Positions 40,622 through 51,438 are shown, counted from the first letter of the stretch. The stretch: 64,000 nucleotides of DNA from an uncultured Cytophagales bacterium (GCA_945957555.1 CAMFLX010000001.1:114229-178228); one strand, 5' to 3'. A program made the numbers and translations. Notes: generated by a model from the sequence alone, not told the origin.

Positions 40622-41392
40622 ATGAATAGATTACAGAAACTCTTCTCAGAAAAACGAAACAATATCCTCTCAGTATACCTTACCTCTGGTTACCCCGAAC
40701 TTAACGATACCGTAACCGTTATCAAAAGCCTTGCAAACGCTGGTGTTGATTTTATTGAAATAGGTGTTCCTTTTTCCGACCCAGTTGCCGATGGCCCAAC
40801 GATTCAAAGAAGTAGTGAGATCGCCTTGGAAAATGGCATGAGCACACATTTGTTGTTTGAACAAATAAAAAATATTCGCAAAGAAGTAAACATCCCTCTT
40901 TTGTTAATGGGTTACATTAACCCAGTGATACAATATGGTGTTGAAAAATTTTGTAAAGAGGCTGCAGAGATTGGTATAGATGGTCTCATATTACCAGATC
41001 TCCCCATGCAGGAATACTTAGATTATTATAAAGCCACTTTTGAAAAATATGGCCTGTCTAATATTTTCTTAATCACGCCACAGAGTTCGGATGAAAGGGT
41101 TCGTTGGATCGATGACAACTCTAATGGATTTATTTATATGGTGGCTACTGCTGGTACCACAGGTGCAAGAACAGGAATTACAGAAGAACAGATCAGATAT
41201 TTTGAGAGAATAAAAGGCTTAAACTTAAAAAATGTGCCCATTGTAGGCTTCGGTATTTCTGATAAAGATAGTTATGAAACTGCATGCAAATATGTTGGTG
41301 GGACTATTATAGGAAGTGCTTTTATCAAAGCCCTTGAGAATCAAGGGTCTTTGGAAGAGAGAATCGGTAAGTTCATCAAAAGTATCAGGTAG
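40622..41392 (+). CDS. trpA: tryptophan synthase alpha subunit
   Basis: IEIGVPFSDPVADGPTIQ, LMGYINP, GTTG, VGFGIS, IIGSA; -7 box TATTTTTG at 40596-40603 supports ATG 40622. Confidence 0.95.
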   Translation: MNRLQKLFSEKRNNILSVYLTSGYPELNDTVTVIKSLANAGVDFIEIGVPFSDPVADGPTIQRSSEIALENGMSTHLLFEQIKNIRKEVNIPLLLMGYINPVIQYGVEKFCKEAAEIGIDGLILPDLPMQEYLDYYKATFEKYGLSNIFLITPQSSDERVRWIDDNSNGFIYMVATAGTTGARTGITEEQIRYFERIKGLNLKNVPIVGFGISDKDSYETACKYVGGTIIGSAFIKALENQGSLEERIGKFIKSIR

Positions 41393-41425
41393 TTGAAAAT
41401 TTTTTAAAAAAAACCTACAAAGGAG

Positions 41426-41456
41426 TTTGACAATATAAAAATTTCTTCTACCTTTG
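41426..41456 (+). promoter_or_regulatory. sigma-A promoter of tRNA-Asn
   Basis: TTTG (41426-41429), 19-nt spacer, TACCTTTG (41449-41456). Confidence 0.8.
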
Positions 41457-41465
41457 CAATCCCAA

Positions 41466-41539
41466 TCCTTCTTAGCTCAGCTGGTTAGAGCACATGACTG
41501 TTAATCATGGGGTCCTTGGTTCGAGCCCAAGAGAGGGAG
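41466..41539 (+). tRNA. tRNA-Asn (GTT)
   Basis: acceptor TCCTTCT/AGAGGGA, anticodon arm CATGA-CTGTTAA-TCATG, T-arm CTTGG-TTCGAGC-CCAAG. Confidence 0.96.
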
Positions 41540-41540
41540 C

Positions 41541-41567
41541 AAAGTCCAGAGTAATCTGGACTTTTTG
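41541..41567 (+). terminator. terminator after tRNA-Asn
   Basis: AAAGTCCAGA-gtaa-TCTGGACTTTTT. Confidence 0.8.
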
Positions 41568-41687
41568 CTTTTTATAGGGTTTGAAGCACCATTAACCCTC
41601 ATTTCACATTTCTCATATCAAACACTTGACTTTTTTACCTAGGGTCCTTCAGAGCGTTTTCATGTATGGTTCCGATATCTTTCTAAT

Positions 41688-41716
41688 AAAAAAAGGAGCC
41701 TTTTGAGCTCCTTTTC
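41688..41716 (-). terminator. terminator after the AIM24 gene
   Basis: AAAAGGAGC...GCTCCTTTT hairpin with an A-run on the + strand. Confidence 0.65.
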
Positions 41717-41734
41717 GAAATGTTTTGCCTTGTA

Positions 41735-42514
41735 TCAATCTCCGTCTAAAAGGTTGCCTAAACCACCCAATATACTTCCTTCTTCTTTTCTACCGCCAGG
41801 ACCTCCATAAGCCAAGATTCTTCCTGCTAGTCTTGAAATGGGCAGAGATTGAATCCAAACTTTACCAGGGCCTCTGAGAGTTGCGTAGAAGAGTCCCTCA
41901 CCTCCAAAAAGTGTATTCTTTACACCTCCCACAAATTGTATGTCATAATTGATTTCCGAGGTAAATGCCACGATACATCCAGTATCTACCTTTAGGAGCT
42001 CACCTGGACCAAGGGTCTTTTCAATAATATGACCGCCTGCATGTACAAAAGCCATACCGTCACCTTCCAGCTTTTGCATAATAAAGCCCTCACCACCAAA
42101 TAATCCCGTACCTAGTTTCTTTTGAAATTCAATACCAATAGATACACCTTTGGCAGCACATAGAAAAGCATCTTTTTGGCAGATTATTTTTCCATTATTG
42201 TGCATGAGGTTAAGCGGTATTATTTTACCTGGATAAGGGGAGGCAAATGAAACATGTTTTTTGCCAGAGCCGATGTTTGTATATTGTGTAACAAAGAGGT
42301 TCTCCCCAGTAAGTAATCTTTTTCCACCACTCAGCAGTTTGTTGAAAAATCCTTTTTCGTTTCCGTCTCCAAATATGGTTTCCATTTTGATGGCATCGTC
42401 CATCATCATGAAAGCTCCAGGTTCCGCAATTACGGTTTCTTGAGGGTCGAGTTCTATCTCGACACATTGCATTTCTTCTCCTTGAATTCTGTAGTCTATC
42501 TCGTGATTTTGCAT
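41735..42514 (-). CDS. TIGR00266/AIM24 family protein
   Basis: AEPGAFM, GKRLLTGE, ICQKDAFLCA, GLFGGEGFIMQKLEGDG, GPGKVWIQSLP. Confidence 0.92.
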   Translation of the reverse strand: MQNHEIDYRIQGEEMQCVEIELDPQETVIAEPGAFMMMDDAIKMETIFGDGNEKGFFNKLLSGGKRLLTGENLFVTQYTNIGSGKKHVSFASPYPGKIIPLNLMHNNGKIICQKDAFLCAAKGVSIGIEFQKKLGTGLFGGEGFIMQKLEGDGMAFVHAGGHIIEKTLGPGELLKVDTGCIVAFTSEINYDIQFVGGVKNTLFGGEGLFYATLRGPGKVWIQSLPISRLAGRILAYGGPGGRKEEGSILGGLGNLLDGD

Positions 42515-42582
42515 TTTTTAATGGAATTATAAATTATATATTTGATAAAAAACAATCATTTTAGCTTTTAAAAAATCAGTTC

Positions 42583-43362
42583 TTAACTTAAATCTATTTC
42601 CCCAGAGAAAACGAATTCTGCTGGCCCATTAAGATACACATTTTCAAATACCCCATTTCTTTCCTCAAAGGCAACACTCAAGTTGCCACCTAGGGTTTTG
42701 ATTTGTACTGGGCTTTTTAGTCCTATATTTAATGCAGCAATTGCAGCAGCTGTTACCCCAGTACCACATGAATAGGTTTCGTCTTCCACACCTCTTTCAT
42801 AAGTCCTTACAAAAAGTGAAGTATCTTGTTGCACTTCAGCAAAGTTCACATTCGTTCCCTTGTTAGAAACATATTTATCACTATATCTTATGCTTTTACC
42901 TTCATTATATACTGGATACTCAGAAACCTCCTTCACAAACTTGACATGGTGTGGAGAACCAGTGTTCATAAAAAAGTACCCATCACCCTTTTCTACGTTT
43001 TTTACATCGATCATTTTCAAGTGTACCCAACCATTGTCAGCAACATAAGCCTCGTGTGGTCCATCTATAGCTATAAAAGTGGCCATATCTTTGAAAACAT
43101 TCTTGTGATAAGCAAATTTTACCAAGCAACGTCCTCCGTTACCACACATAGTGCTTTCGTTGCCATCTGAATTATAATAGACCATTTTGAAGTCATATCC
43201 CGCAGCTTTTTCTAATAACATTAAACCATCAGCTCCTATACCAAATCTACGATCACAAGCCAATTTGATTTGTGCGGTAGATAGGCTGATTGCCCCGTCA
43301 CGATTGTCTAAAATTACAAAATCGTTTCCCGTGCCTTGGTATTTGTAAAACTGTAGTTTCAT
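42583..43362 (-). CDS. dapF: diaminopimelate epimerase
   Basis: KYQGTGNDF, CDRRFGIGADG, MCGNGGRC, TGSPH, ERGVEDETYSCGTG. Confidence 0.96.
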   Translation of the reverse strand: MKLQFYKYQGTGNDFVILDNRDGAISLSTAQIKLACDRRFGIGADGLMLLEKAAGYDFKMVYYNSDGNESTMCGNGGRCLVKFAYHKNVFKDMATFIAIDGPHEAYVADNGWVHLKMIDVKNVEKGDGYFFMNTGSPHHVKFVKEVSEYPVYNEGKSIRYSDKYVSNKGTNVNFAEVQQDTSLFVRTYERGVEDETYSCGTGVTAAAIAALNIGLKSPVQIKTLGGNLSVAFEERNGVFENVYLNGPAEFVFSGEIDLS

Positions 43363-43395
43363 TTAATAATAATTTCTTGTGTATAACTGTATATT

Positions 43396-44346
43396 TCAAT
43401 AAAAAAGTTTACCCTTAGAATAGATTTCTTTTGCCTCTATGGCATCGTGGCTTAGCTGTGTCTTTAAAGCTTCTATGCCATTGAATTTTTGTTCGTCTCT
43501 TAATCTTGATAAAAAACGCAGTGTAATTTTTTTATTATATATATCTTCCTTAAAATCAAAGATATGCACCTCTATATGTTTCAAGTTTGATGCATTTACC
43601 GTTGGATTAAATCCAATATTAAGCATGCCACCAAATTCTTGCTCATCTATAACCACCTCTACAGCATATACTCCCCTTTTAGGGAGCAGTTTATAAGGGC
43701 TCTCGATGTGAATGTTAGCTGTGGGAAAACCAATGGTTCTACCTAGTTTTTTGCCTTCGATAACAGTTCCTGTGATAGAATAATTCCTCCCCAATAGAGT
43801 TGCTGCAGAACCTACTTCTCCGTTGTTAAGAAAGTTCCTTATCCTTGTAGAACTTACCGCAGCCTCATCTATATCCAATCTGGAAATCTCAAATACCTGA
43901 ATACCAAACTTTGCTTGATTTTGTTTTAGGTATTCGAAGCTCCCCTCCCTGTTCCTACCAAATCTATGGTCATGCCCAAGTAATAAGGTATGTGTTCCGA
44001 TTTTTTCAATGATGATTTTTTCAATAAAATCCTCTGAACTCAAATTTGCAATGCGACCATCAAAAGGGATAATGAGCAAATTGTGCACACCTAGATTTCT
44101 GAAGAGATTAATTTTTTCTTCAATATCGGTGATGAGTTTGAGGTTTTGTGAGGCGGTTGGGTCAAAGTACAGCCTTGGGTGTGGCTCAAAGGTAACAATC
44201 ACCGATTCTGTCTCTTGATCTTGAGCTTTTTTGAGAAGCAGATTGATGATTTTCTGATGGCCTAAATGTACCCCGTCGAAAAAGCCAACAGTTGTCACTG
44301 CGTTATGTATCCTCTTAAAGTCCTCTATGTTGTTAAAAATGTTCAT
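43396..44346 (-). CDS. ribF: bifunctional riboflavin kinase/FAD synthetase
   Basis: GFFDGVHLGH, TFEPHP, GHDHRFG, SSTRIR, GRTIGFPTAN, EVHIFDF. Confidence 0.96.
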   Translation of the reverse strand: MNIFNNIEDFKRIHNAVTTVGFFDGVHLGHQKIINLLLKKAQDQETESVIVTFEPHPRLYFDPTASQNLKLITDIEEKINLFRNLGVHNLLIIPFDGRIANLSSEDFIEKIIIEKIGTHTLLLGHDHRFGRNREGSFEYLKQNQAKFGIQVFEISRLDIDEAAVSSTRIRNFLNNGEVGSAATLLGRNYSITGTVIEGKKLGRTIGFPTANIHIESPYKLLPKRGVYAVEVVIDEQEFGGMLNIGFNPTVNASNLKHIEVHIFDFKEDIYNKKITLRFLSRLRDEQKFNGIEALKTQLSHDAIEAKEIYSKGKLFY

Positions 44347-44448
44347 GAAAATCGCTAAGAAAGATATTTTGTGTAAAAATAAATCAAATTCATATTGAAT
44401 AGTCGAAAAACACTCAAAAATATTTTTAAGTATTAGAAGAGAGCTTTT

Positions 44449-45147
44449 TTACAATATTGGACTGGCGTCTTCAGTGTGCTCTGGTTTCATTTTTTGAATG
44501 TAGAGCTCTGGTGTGAGTGCTTCTTCCACAGTATAGGGACCAATCTTGGTTCTTCTTAAATAACTCATGTAGGCACATGAGCCCAATGCGGTTCCCAAAT
44601 CGCGAACCAGACTTCTTATATAAGTACCTTTAGAGCAAGTAATGGTTAGCTCAAGTTCCGGTAAGGCAATTTTGTTAATGACTATACTTTTTACAGTTAC
44701 TAATCGCGATTTTATCTCAGGTTCGAGGCCTTTTCGAGCAAGTTTGTAAGCCCTCTCCCCATTAATTCTTATAGCTGAGTGTGCAGGCGGTATTTGAGAG
44801 ATTTCTCCAATAAAATTCTTAACTTTTTCATAAATAATAGATTCTGTAATATGGTCGATAGGCATTTCCTTGTCGATAGGTGTTTCTAAATCAAACGAGG
44901 CAGTAGATTTCCCCAGAAACATTTTGCAGACATATTCTTTTTCACCGTTTTGGATCTCTTCAATTTTTTTGGTGAACTTTCCAGTACAGATCACCAAAAG
45001 ACCTGTAGCCAATGGATCTAAAGTACCAGCGTGACCGATTTTTTTAACTTTGAGACCAAACTTTAGTTTTTTAACCGCATCAAAAGACGTCCAAGTTAAT
45101 GGTTTGTCAATCAATAGAATCTGGCCATTGGCAAAAAAATCTTCCAT
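44449..45147 (-). CDS. truB: tRNA pseudouridine(55) synthase
   Basis: DKPLTWTSFD, KIGHAGTLDPLATG, CSKGTYIRSL. Confidence 0.96.
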   Translation of the reverse strand: MEDFFANGQILLIDKPLTWTSFDAVKKLKFGLKVKKIGHAGTLDPLATGLLVICTGKFTKKIEEIQNGEKEYVCKMFLGKSTASFDLETPIDKEMPIDHITESIIYEKVKNFIGEISQIPPAHSAIRINGERAYKLARKGLEPEIKSRLVTVKSIVINKIALPELELTITCSKGTYIRSLVRDLGTALGSCAYMSYLRRTKIGPYTVEEALTPELYIQKMKPEHTEDASPIL

Positions 45148-45153
45148 CCTTGA

Positions 45154-45990
45154 TTAGATCATTTCCAACTTTACACCACTATATATAAGAACCAATAAGA
45201 GGGAGCCAATCAAAATACGGTAATATCCAAAAACTTTAAAACCATACTTGGTCAATATTCCAATAAAACTCTTGATCGCTAAATAAGCTACTATAAAAGC
45301 TACAACATTTCCAATAAGTAAAAGATCTATCTTATCTGTAGATTTCATAAGTAGTTCTTTTTCGTCCCATAAACTTTTTGCTGTAGCTGCAAACATAGTG
45401 GGCACAGCCAGAAAAAATGAAAACTCTGCTGCTGTTTTGCGATTTAGTTTTTGAGTAAGACCACCAATTATGGTGGCAGCCGATCTTGACACTCCTGGTA
45501 CCATAGCTAAACATTGAAAACAACCAATGATAAAACTTGTCTTGTAATCAATTGATTTTTCTTTGTTCGCATTTTCATCTAGAACATCTTGGCTAGAAGT
45601 ATTTTCGGCTCTCGTCTCATTTTTTGCAAACCATTTATCTACAAAAAGTAATATGATGCCACCAATCAGAAGCATAAAAGCCACAACTTCTACATTTTCC
45701 AAAAGGGCATCGATTTTTTTCTTTAATAAAAGACCAAGGATTGCTGTTGGAATAAAAGCAATGAAAAGTTTGACATAAAAATTGATGCTTTTAAAAAAAT
45801 CTTTGAAATAGATCAAAACCACAGAGAGAATAGCTCCCAGCTGAATACACACTTCAAACAATTTTGTAAAGTCATCATGTGCTATGCCCATAAAAGATGA
45901 CACAATGATCATGTGTCCAGTAGAAGATACGGGCAAGAACTCTGTCAATCCCTCAACAATAGCGAGAATGATGGCTTGGATAATATTCAT
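45154..45990 (-). CDS. uppP: undecaprenyl-diphosphate phosphatase
   Basis: [41 protein letters not shown]; ATG at 45990 preferred. Confidence 0.95.
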   Translation of the reverse strand: MNIIQAIILAIVEGLTEFLPVSSTGHMIIVSSFMGIAHDDFTKLFEVCIQLGAILSVVLIYFKDFFKSINFYVKLFIAFIPTAILGLLLKKKIDALLENVEVVAFMLLIGGIILLFVDKWFAKNETRAENTSSQDVLDENANKEKSIDYKTSFIIGCFQCLAMVPGVSRSAATIIGGLTQKLNRKTAAEFSFFLAVPTMFAATAKSLWDEKELLMKSTDKIDLLLIGNVVAFIVAYLAIKSFIGILTKYGFKVFGYYRILIGSLLLVLIYSGVKLEMI

Positions 45991-45991
45991 T

Positions 45992-46207
45992 TTATTTATC
46001 TGCTTTCTTTTTGGCAAATATGGCAAAAAACTCAATGACAAATCCTGACATGACCACAATAGGACCGACCCAAAGTCCTAAAACACCAAAGCCGTATTCC
46101 GCAGTGTCCATAGAAATGATCACAAAACCTAAAATCAACACAGCAATGCCTAGTAGCATCAATTTGTAGTTAGTATTTCCAAATACCAAGTTGTTATTAT
46201 CTGACAT
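45992..46207 (-). CDS. DUF3098-like small membrane protein
   Basis: [12 protein letters not shown], two TM helices, usual position between ftsX and uppP. Confidence 0.8.
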   Translation of the reverse strand: MSDNNNLVFGNTNYKLMLLGIAVLILGFVIISMDTAEYGFGVLGLWVGPIVVMSGFVIEFFAIFAKKKADK

Positions 46208-46214
46208 AAAAATA

Positions 46215-47123
46215 TTAATAAAGTTCCTCTAATTTCATTTTCAAATATTTGCTTACAGCCATATACGTGCTCATAAAACCTATGATGCAGCCCATCAGAA
46301 CCATTCCTCCAAAAAGACCGAAGATCAGTGTTGGGGAGCTGTAGATGTGCAAATGTACGTCAAAATCATCTAAGTATTGATCTAAACCTACAACGACTAT
46401 AAATAATAGGCCCGAGGCTAGTAAACCAGAAAGTAAGCCTAACCAAAAAGCTCTGATCAAAAAGGGCCCCCTAATGAATGAGGCTTTTGCACCGATCAAT
46501 TGCATACTCCTTATTAAAAAACGTTGCGAGAACAATGCTAGCTTTATACTATTGTGGATCAATAATATAGAGATCAAAGTTAAGACCAATGCAGTAATAA
46601 GTAGTGCTAAGCCAACTTTGGGCAATATGTTATTGATATTCTCAACAAGGTTTTCGAAATATACCACCTCATAGATGCCATTTATATCTTCCAATTGCTT
46701 TTTGATGTTTTTTAGGCTTCTGGAGTTGGAATATTCAGGTTCTACATTTAATAGAAAGGCATCCCGCAAAGGATTGTCTCCGAGCAATTTGCTGAAATCT
46801 TCTCCAGTCTCTGCTATAAATTTCTTAGCGGCCTCATCCTTGTTAATGAATCGCAAAATAGCTGTTCCATTTTCGTGAAGCGTATATTTTTGTCCAGAAA
46901 TCGCGGATTTGATACTATCTATTTGTTCGTCACTAAGTTCTTTGTCTAAATATATATGAATGGTAATGTGTTTTTTGATAATATCAGATTGTGATTGGTA
47001 GAAAATCAATATAATACCAAATATGCCAATAACTAATACTGCCAAAGTGATACTAAACACCACAGATACGGACGGATAGGCTCCTAACTTCTTCTTTTTC
47101 TTGATGGTTTTACTGCCTGACAA
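46215..47123 (-). CDS. ftsX: cell division permease FtsX
   Basis: SVVFSITL, LGDNPL, IHNSIKLALFSQRFLIRSMQLIGA..FIR.PF; TTG 47123 chosen because a TAAGTTTG box lies at 47139-47146. Confidence 0.88.
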   Translation of the reverse strand: MSGSKTIKKKKKLGAYPSVSVVFSITLAVLVIGIFGIILIFYQSQSDIIKKHITIHIYLDKELSDEQIDSIKSAISGQKYTLHENGTAILRFINKDEAAKKFIAETGEDFSKLLGDNPLRDAFLLNVEPEYSNSRSLKNIKKQLEDINGIYEVVYFENLVENINNILPKVGLALLITALVLTLISILLIHNSIKLALFSQRFLIRSMQLIGAKASFIRGPFLIRAFWLGLLSGLLASGLLFIVVVGLDQYLDDFDVHLHIYSSPTLIFGLFGGMVLMGCIIGFMSTYMAVSKYLKMKLEELY

Positions 47124-47222
47124 TTTGTGTATTTTCCACAAACTTAAGCCTTTCCACAAAAAAATCCAATTCCAGAGGAGTCATTCGCTCAACTATTATA
47201 TCTATTGAAGCTCAGATATAGC

Positions 47223-49220
47223 TCAAAGCATCAAGGCGCCATCTGTTTCTAAACAATGTATCTGTGAATAACCCAGTTTAAGTAAGGGTTTCAGCTGTTT
47301 TTTGTTTCTAACGACAATGAGAGCAGATTTTGGAGGAAGGTTTGATGGACTATAGCCATTTAAATAAATAATATCTGTATCATAGGCGAGTTGAGCCCTT
47401 TCACTATTAATGATCTGTATTCTTTTTGATTTCTTTTGAAAGAAGGCAGAACTATAAGTATCTATGCATATTTTTTGAAGATTTTCAGATAAGCTGTTTC
47501 TCAGTTGGTTACTTTCTAATATACTGCTAAAATGTGAGTCTTGTAGCGTATCGCTGGTGCAATAAAGCCTTCGCAATTTACCTTTTTCATAAATATCGAT
47601 AATAGCCTGTCTTTTATGGGAATAAAAAATCACTTTTTCTGATATAAAGACAGAATAGTACCTAAATCCAATACAGATCACAAAGATAATTACAGAGAGT
47701 AAGCTGAGTTTCAAAGAGCTTAATCTTTTAGTGCGAAGAAATATGATGAGAGATAATATGAGAAAGCCTAAAACAAGTGTTTCTTCAAAACTTAAATATA
47801 CTTTACTTACTGAGAAAGAAAGATCTGAAAGAAATGTAGCAGTAGTATTCATAAGTCCCACGAAATATGACAATATTTTGCAAAGAAAGGCTAGTATGCC
47901 ATCAAAGCAGACAAATATAATGCACAGTAGGCCTATATATAGTGCCAAGGTTGAAAGAGTCACTTCAAACAAGTTACTAATAATGAATAGATTCGGAAAT
48001 TGTTTGAAATAGTATAAGCTGATTGGCAATACACCTAATTGCGCTGAAATACTAACCGTAAATAGATCACGAATATTTTTGAGAAACGAGCTTTGTGTAT
48101 CGAAGATGGATTGAAAAAATGGTTGTAAAGATATTATTCCCAAAACTGCAAAGAAGGAGAGCTGGAAACCTATATCAATGAGCATCATAGGTTCAAGTAG
48201 CAAAATTAGAAAGCAGGAAGAAAACAAGGTATTGGGTAAATTGATCTTTTTGCCTGACACGATTCCGATTTGATATACCGTATACATCACAGCAGCTCTT
48301 ACCACAGAGGCACTAAACCCTGTAATCATGGCAAAGAACCACATAATACCAAGGGCAAACAGTGAATAAACAAGAGCGTGGTTCTTGCCAAACAGATAAG
48401 CACAAATCCAAACAATAGATCCAAATAACAAACCGATATGCATTCCCGAAACAGCAAGTACGTGTATAGTTCCTGTTTTGACATAGGCATTGAAAAGTTC
48501 ACCGTCTATCTCGCCTTTTATACCCAAGATTAGAGCTTCAGCAATTGAGGCAATATCTGGATTGGTAATATAGATTCTAATTCTTTTGGAAAAAAAAGCC
48601 CTAAAATCATGGCATAATTTTTTAAGTGAGAACCCATTGTTTTTTCCATGATGTATGATTCGGTTTGGTACCAAATAATCTTGTATTAATATACCCTTAC
48701 CATTTAAATATTGCTTGTAGTTAAATTCTTCAGGATTTAGCGGTTCTTTCACAAATTGTGGACAGCCCATTATTTGTAAGGTGTCTAATACTTGTGGATC
48801 ATCGTTTTTGAACGTAAGGAGGATATTGCCCCTGCTCTCCTTTGGCTTTCCATTTGAATAAGTACTGATTATATTTCCATAGTAGCGATGGTCTGAGACC
48901 TTATCGGTAACTACTACTTTATAATAGAGAGAAGGCTTCTGGTTTAGTATAAATTTTGGATCGTTATTTGGATCTTTCAAGAGGCATGTAAAAAATGCGA
49001 CTAATAATAAGGATAAGTGGCCACAGAAAAGATAAAGTGTGTTTCTGAGTAAAGGAAAACACCAAAAGCAGACAGAAAGAGAAACAAGTAAGGGCAGTAC
49101 TGCAGTAAGTACTACAAACCAAGATATATCTAATAGATATAATAATATGCCGCTTACAAAGAATAAAAGATAGCGGAGAAAGGGGGTGTTGCTAAGATAT
49201 TTGACAAATAAAGAGGTCAT
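47223..49220 (-). CDS. comEC: ComEC/Rec2 competence protein
   Basis: PLNPEEFNY, ALILG, GTIHVLAVSGMHIG, SVVRA, GFQLSF, YYFKQF. Confidence 0.9.
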   Translation of the reverse strand: MTSLFVKYLSNTPFLRYLLFFVSGILLYLLDISWFVVLTAVLPLLVSLSVCFWCFPLLRNTLYLFCGHLSLLLVAFFTCLLKDPNNDPKFILNQKPSLYYKVVVTDKVSDHRYYGNIISTYSNGKPKESRGNILLTFKNDDPQVLDTLQIMGCPQFVKEPLNPEEFNYKQYLNGKGILIQDYLVPNRIIHHGKNNGFSLKKLCHDFRAFFSKRIRIYITNPDIASIAEALILGIKGEIDGELFNAYVKTGTIHVLAVSGMHIGLLFGSIVWICAYLFGKNHALVYSLFALGIMWFFAMITGFSASVVRAAVMYTVYQIGIVSGKKINLPNTLFSSCFLILLLEPMMLIDIGFQLSFFAVLGIISLQPFFQSIFDTQSSFLKNIRDLFTVSISAQLGVLPISLYYFKQFPNLFIISNLFEVTLSTLALYIGLLCIIFVCFDGILAFLCKILSYFVGLMNTTATFLSDLSFSVSKVYLSFEETLVLGFLILSLIIFLRTKRLSSLKLSLLSVIIFVICIGFRYYSVFISEKVIFYSHKRQAIIDIYEKGKLRRLYCTSDTLQDSHFSSILESNQLRNSLSENLQKICIDTYSSAFFQKKSKRIQIINSERAQLAYDTDIIYLNGYSPSNLPPKSALIVVRNKKQLKPLLKLGYSQIHCLETDGALML

Positions 49221-50980
49221 TGCTGAACATATAGAAATCTATAGGTATACTGTTGATCATCGTAAGTAGCCTTAACTATATAGATCTCGTTTGGGTTAAT
49301 GATATCTGTAAGTGTAAGAGTAGTTGCTGAGATTTGGCTATAGCTGTGTTCATATACAAGCTTACCCTCTGTGCTATAGATATTTACATCAAGATCCTTA
49401 AGTCCGATATGTTTTGGGCTAAAAATTAGTTTTTTATTTGAATCATCAAAAGTGATTTCTAATCTACTTGATTTGTTCTCACTGAAGAGGAGATTGTCTA
49501 GGTACAATTCTACATTCGTATGGTTCCTGTTTATATACTCAAATTTTAGTTTAATGAGTCCGCTTTTGATCAAACTTAAATTGATCAATTTGTTTTTCCA
49601 ATCAGTTTTTATTGGCAAATTTTGACTTATGCCCGCTGCATTTACCAATTGCGCTGCCGAAAATTTAACAAAATTAATCCAAGCTCCAGAGCATCCCAAT
49701 TGATAACTGATGACGAGATCCCCGTCAGGAACCTGATTTGATTTGTTAAGAAGCGCAACATCAAAATTCAAATAATTGATCCTTGGATTACTAAGTTGTA
49801 ATTTTGGGGTTTGGATGATTTCAAAAGAAGTATCAGATTTAATATAAAATGATGAACCCTCGTCACCATAAGCACCGATACTTGCTATCATTGATTTTGG
49901 TGATGGTAAAATATACTTTTGTAATGTATCGTTTTCGAAACCCTCAAAGTCTGGATTGTATGATGTCTCTGGAATTTTTGCACAGGAATTTTTTGCAATA
50001 AGTGATTTTCTTGATGCGCTTTGTTCTAGCACTGCCCTCATTCTATCTGTTTGGTCCTTAGTAAAAAGACTCATACATGCGTCGTAGGTGTAGTCGAGAA
50101 AGTTCTCCATCATTGCCAAGCTGCTGCCATCGCAAGTTTGTGCCCTATTGCATGCATCCGTGTTGGTGTTTTGAATAGGAGTATCGTTACAATAGTCATT
50201 TCCACAGTTGTCGTCTCCCCAAGTGTGTCTCAAACCTAACCAATGACCTATTTCGTGTGTGGCAGTTCTGCCTAGATTATAATTCTTTTTTAAACTTGCA
50301 CCCGTAGTTCCAAAAGTGGTATAGTCGATGACCACACCATCAAACCTAGGATCTTGATTGAAGTTTCCGTCTTCAAGGCCCGGTAGGCTTGTGCCATAAG
50401 GAAATTTTGCAAAACCAATAAAACCGCTTTCTAGATCAGTAATCCAAATATTTAAATATTCATCAGATGGCCAATAGCTAAATTTTTTCAAGGTGTCTAC
50501 CAAATCAACATCATAAGAAGCTTTTGCATTGGCAATTCGTACAATACCGTTGGTAGGATTACAATAAGGATCCACCGTGGCAAGACAAAACTGAATTTTG
50601 GTATCAGCAGCAACACTTTTGAATAAGGAAGGGGTGTTTGTAGTATCTGAGTTTTGTTTTCTAAAATCTTTATTGAGCACATCAATTTGGCTTTTAATCA
50701 CTTCATCTTTTAGGTTTTGTTTGATACCTAAACCAAGGTTTGGATGCAAAACATGGACGACCACAGGTATCGTCACTATTTCATAATCAGTTGTCCTAGA
50801 AAGTTTTCTGTTTTGAATAATCCTTTGGATTGATGCTTCAAAGTCCTCCTTAATTTTCGGATTCTTTTTTATTGCTTGTTCTTCTAATAAATGTGTGGCA
50901 CACTTTCTGGGTTCGATTTGTGCAAATAGCACATTGATCCCTAGAGTACCAATAACTAGTATTATGAGATATCTAATCAT
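49217..50980 (-). CDS. M43 (pappalysin/ulilysin-like) zinc metalloprotease with probable T9SS C-terminal domain
   Basis: signal peptide, RKCAT pro-region Cys, IPVVVHV, GRTATHEIGHWLGLRHTWGD, NFLDYT..CM..FT..Q..RM; C-terminal IYS.EG.LV...IYIVK. Confidence 0.88.
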   Translation of the reverse strand: MIRYLIILVIGTLGINVLFAQIEPRKCATHLLEEQAIKKNPKIKEDFEASIQRIIQNRKLSRTTDYEIVTIPVVVHVLHPNLGLGIKQNLKDEVIKSQIDVLNKDFRKQNSDTTNTPSLFKSVAADTKIQFCLATVDPYCNPTNGIVRIANAKASYDVDLVDTLKKFSYWPSDEYLNIWITDLESGFIGFAKFPYGTSLPGLEDGNFNQDPRFDGVVIDYTTFGTTGASLKKNYNLGRTATHEIGHWLGLRHTWGDDNCGNDYCNDTPIQNTNTDACNRAQTCDGSSLAMMENFLDYTYDACMSLFTKDQTDRMRAVLEQSASRKSLIAKNSCAKIPETSYNPDFEGFENDTLQKYILPSPKSMIASIGAYGDEGSSFYIKSDTSFEIIQTPKLQLSNPRINYLNFDVALLNKSNQVPDGDLVISYQLGCSGAWINFVKFSAAQLVNAAGISQNLPIKTDWKNKLINLSLIKSGLIKLKFEYINRNHTNVELYLDNLLFSENKSSRLEITFDDSNKKLIFSPKHIGLKDLDVNIYSTEGKLVYEHSYSQISATTLTLTDIINPNEIYIVKATYDDQQYTYRFLYVQQ

Positions 50981-51000
50981 TAATATATGGTTTCAAAAAA

Positions 51001-51375
51001 ATACCAAACCTGTAAGCCGGGTTCTGTCGAGTCCTATCATTTATCTAGCCCCGATAATCGGGGTCAAGCAGTCTACCCATTACACCTCAACTTACGTTGA
51101 ATTGGCGAGCAACCAACTGAGGTAAACCTCAAATGCAACCTATTTGACCTTTCAACACGCAAGGTTTACCATGCCCAGCTTGTTGCCTTGCTGGCGGTGG
51201 TCTCTTACACCCCCTTTTCACCCTTACCCTGACTAATCAAGGCGGTTTGTTCTCTGTGGCCCTGTCTGTCAGTATGTTTTGGCATACTGCCCACCCTTGT
51301 CAAGTGGTACGTTGCTCTGTGCTGCCCGGACTTTCCTTCCCGAATATAATTCGGAACGATAAGACGGTTTGGTAT
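51001..51375 (-). ncRNA. rnpB: RNase P RNA (class A)
   Basis: - strand GGAAAGTCCGGGC near the 5' end and ACAGAACCCGGCTTAC near the 3' end; P1 helix ATACCAAACC/GGTTTGGTAT; TATTTTTG promoter box just upstream. Confidence 0.95.
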
Positions 51376-51438
51376 ACAAAAATAACAAAATAAATTTCCT
51401 TTTTATGGAATTGCAGGTCCTTTTATATCTATAATAAT

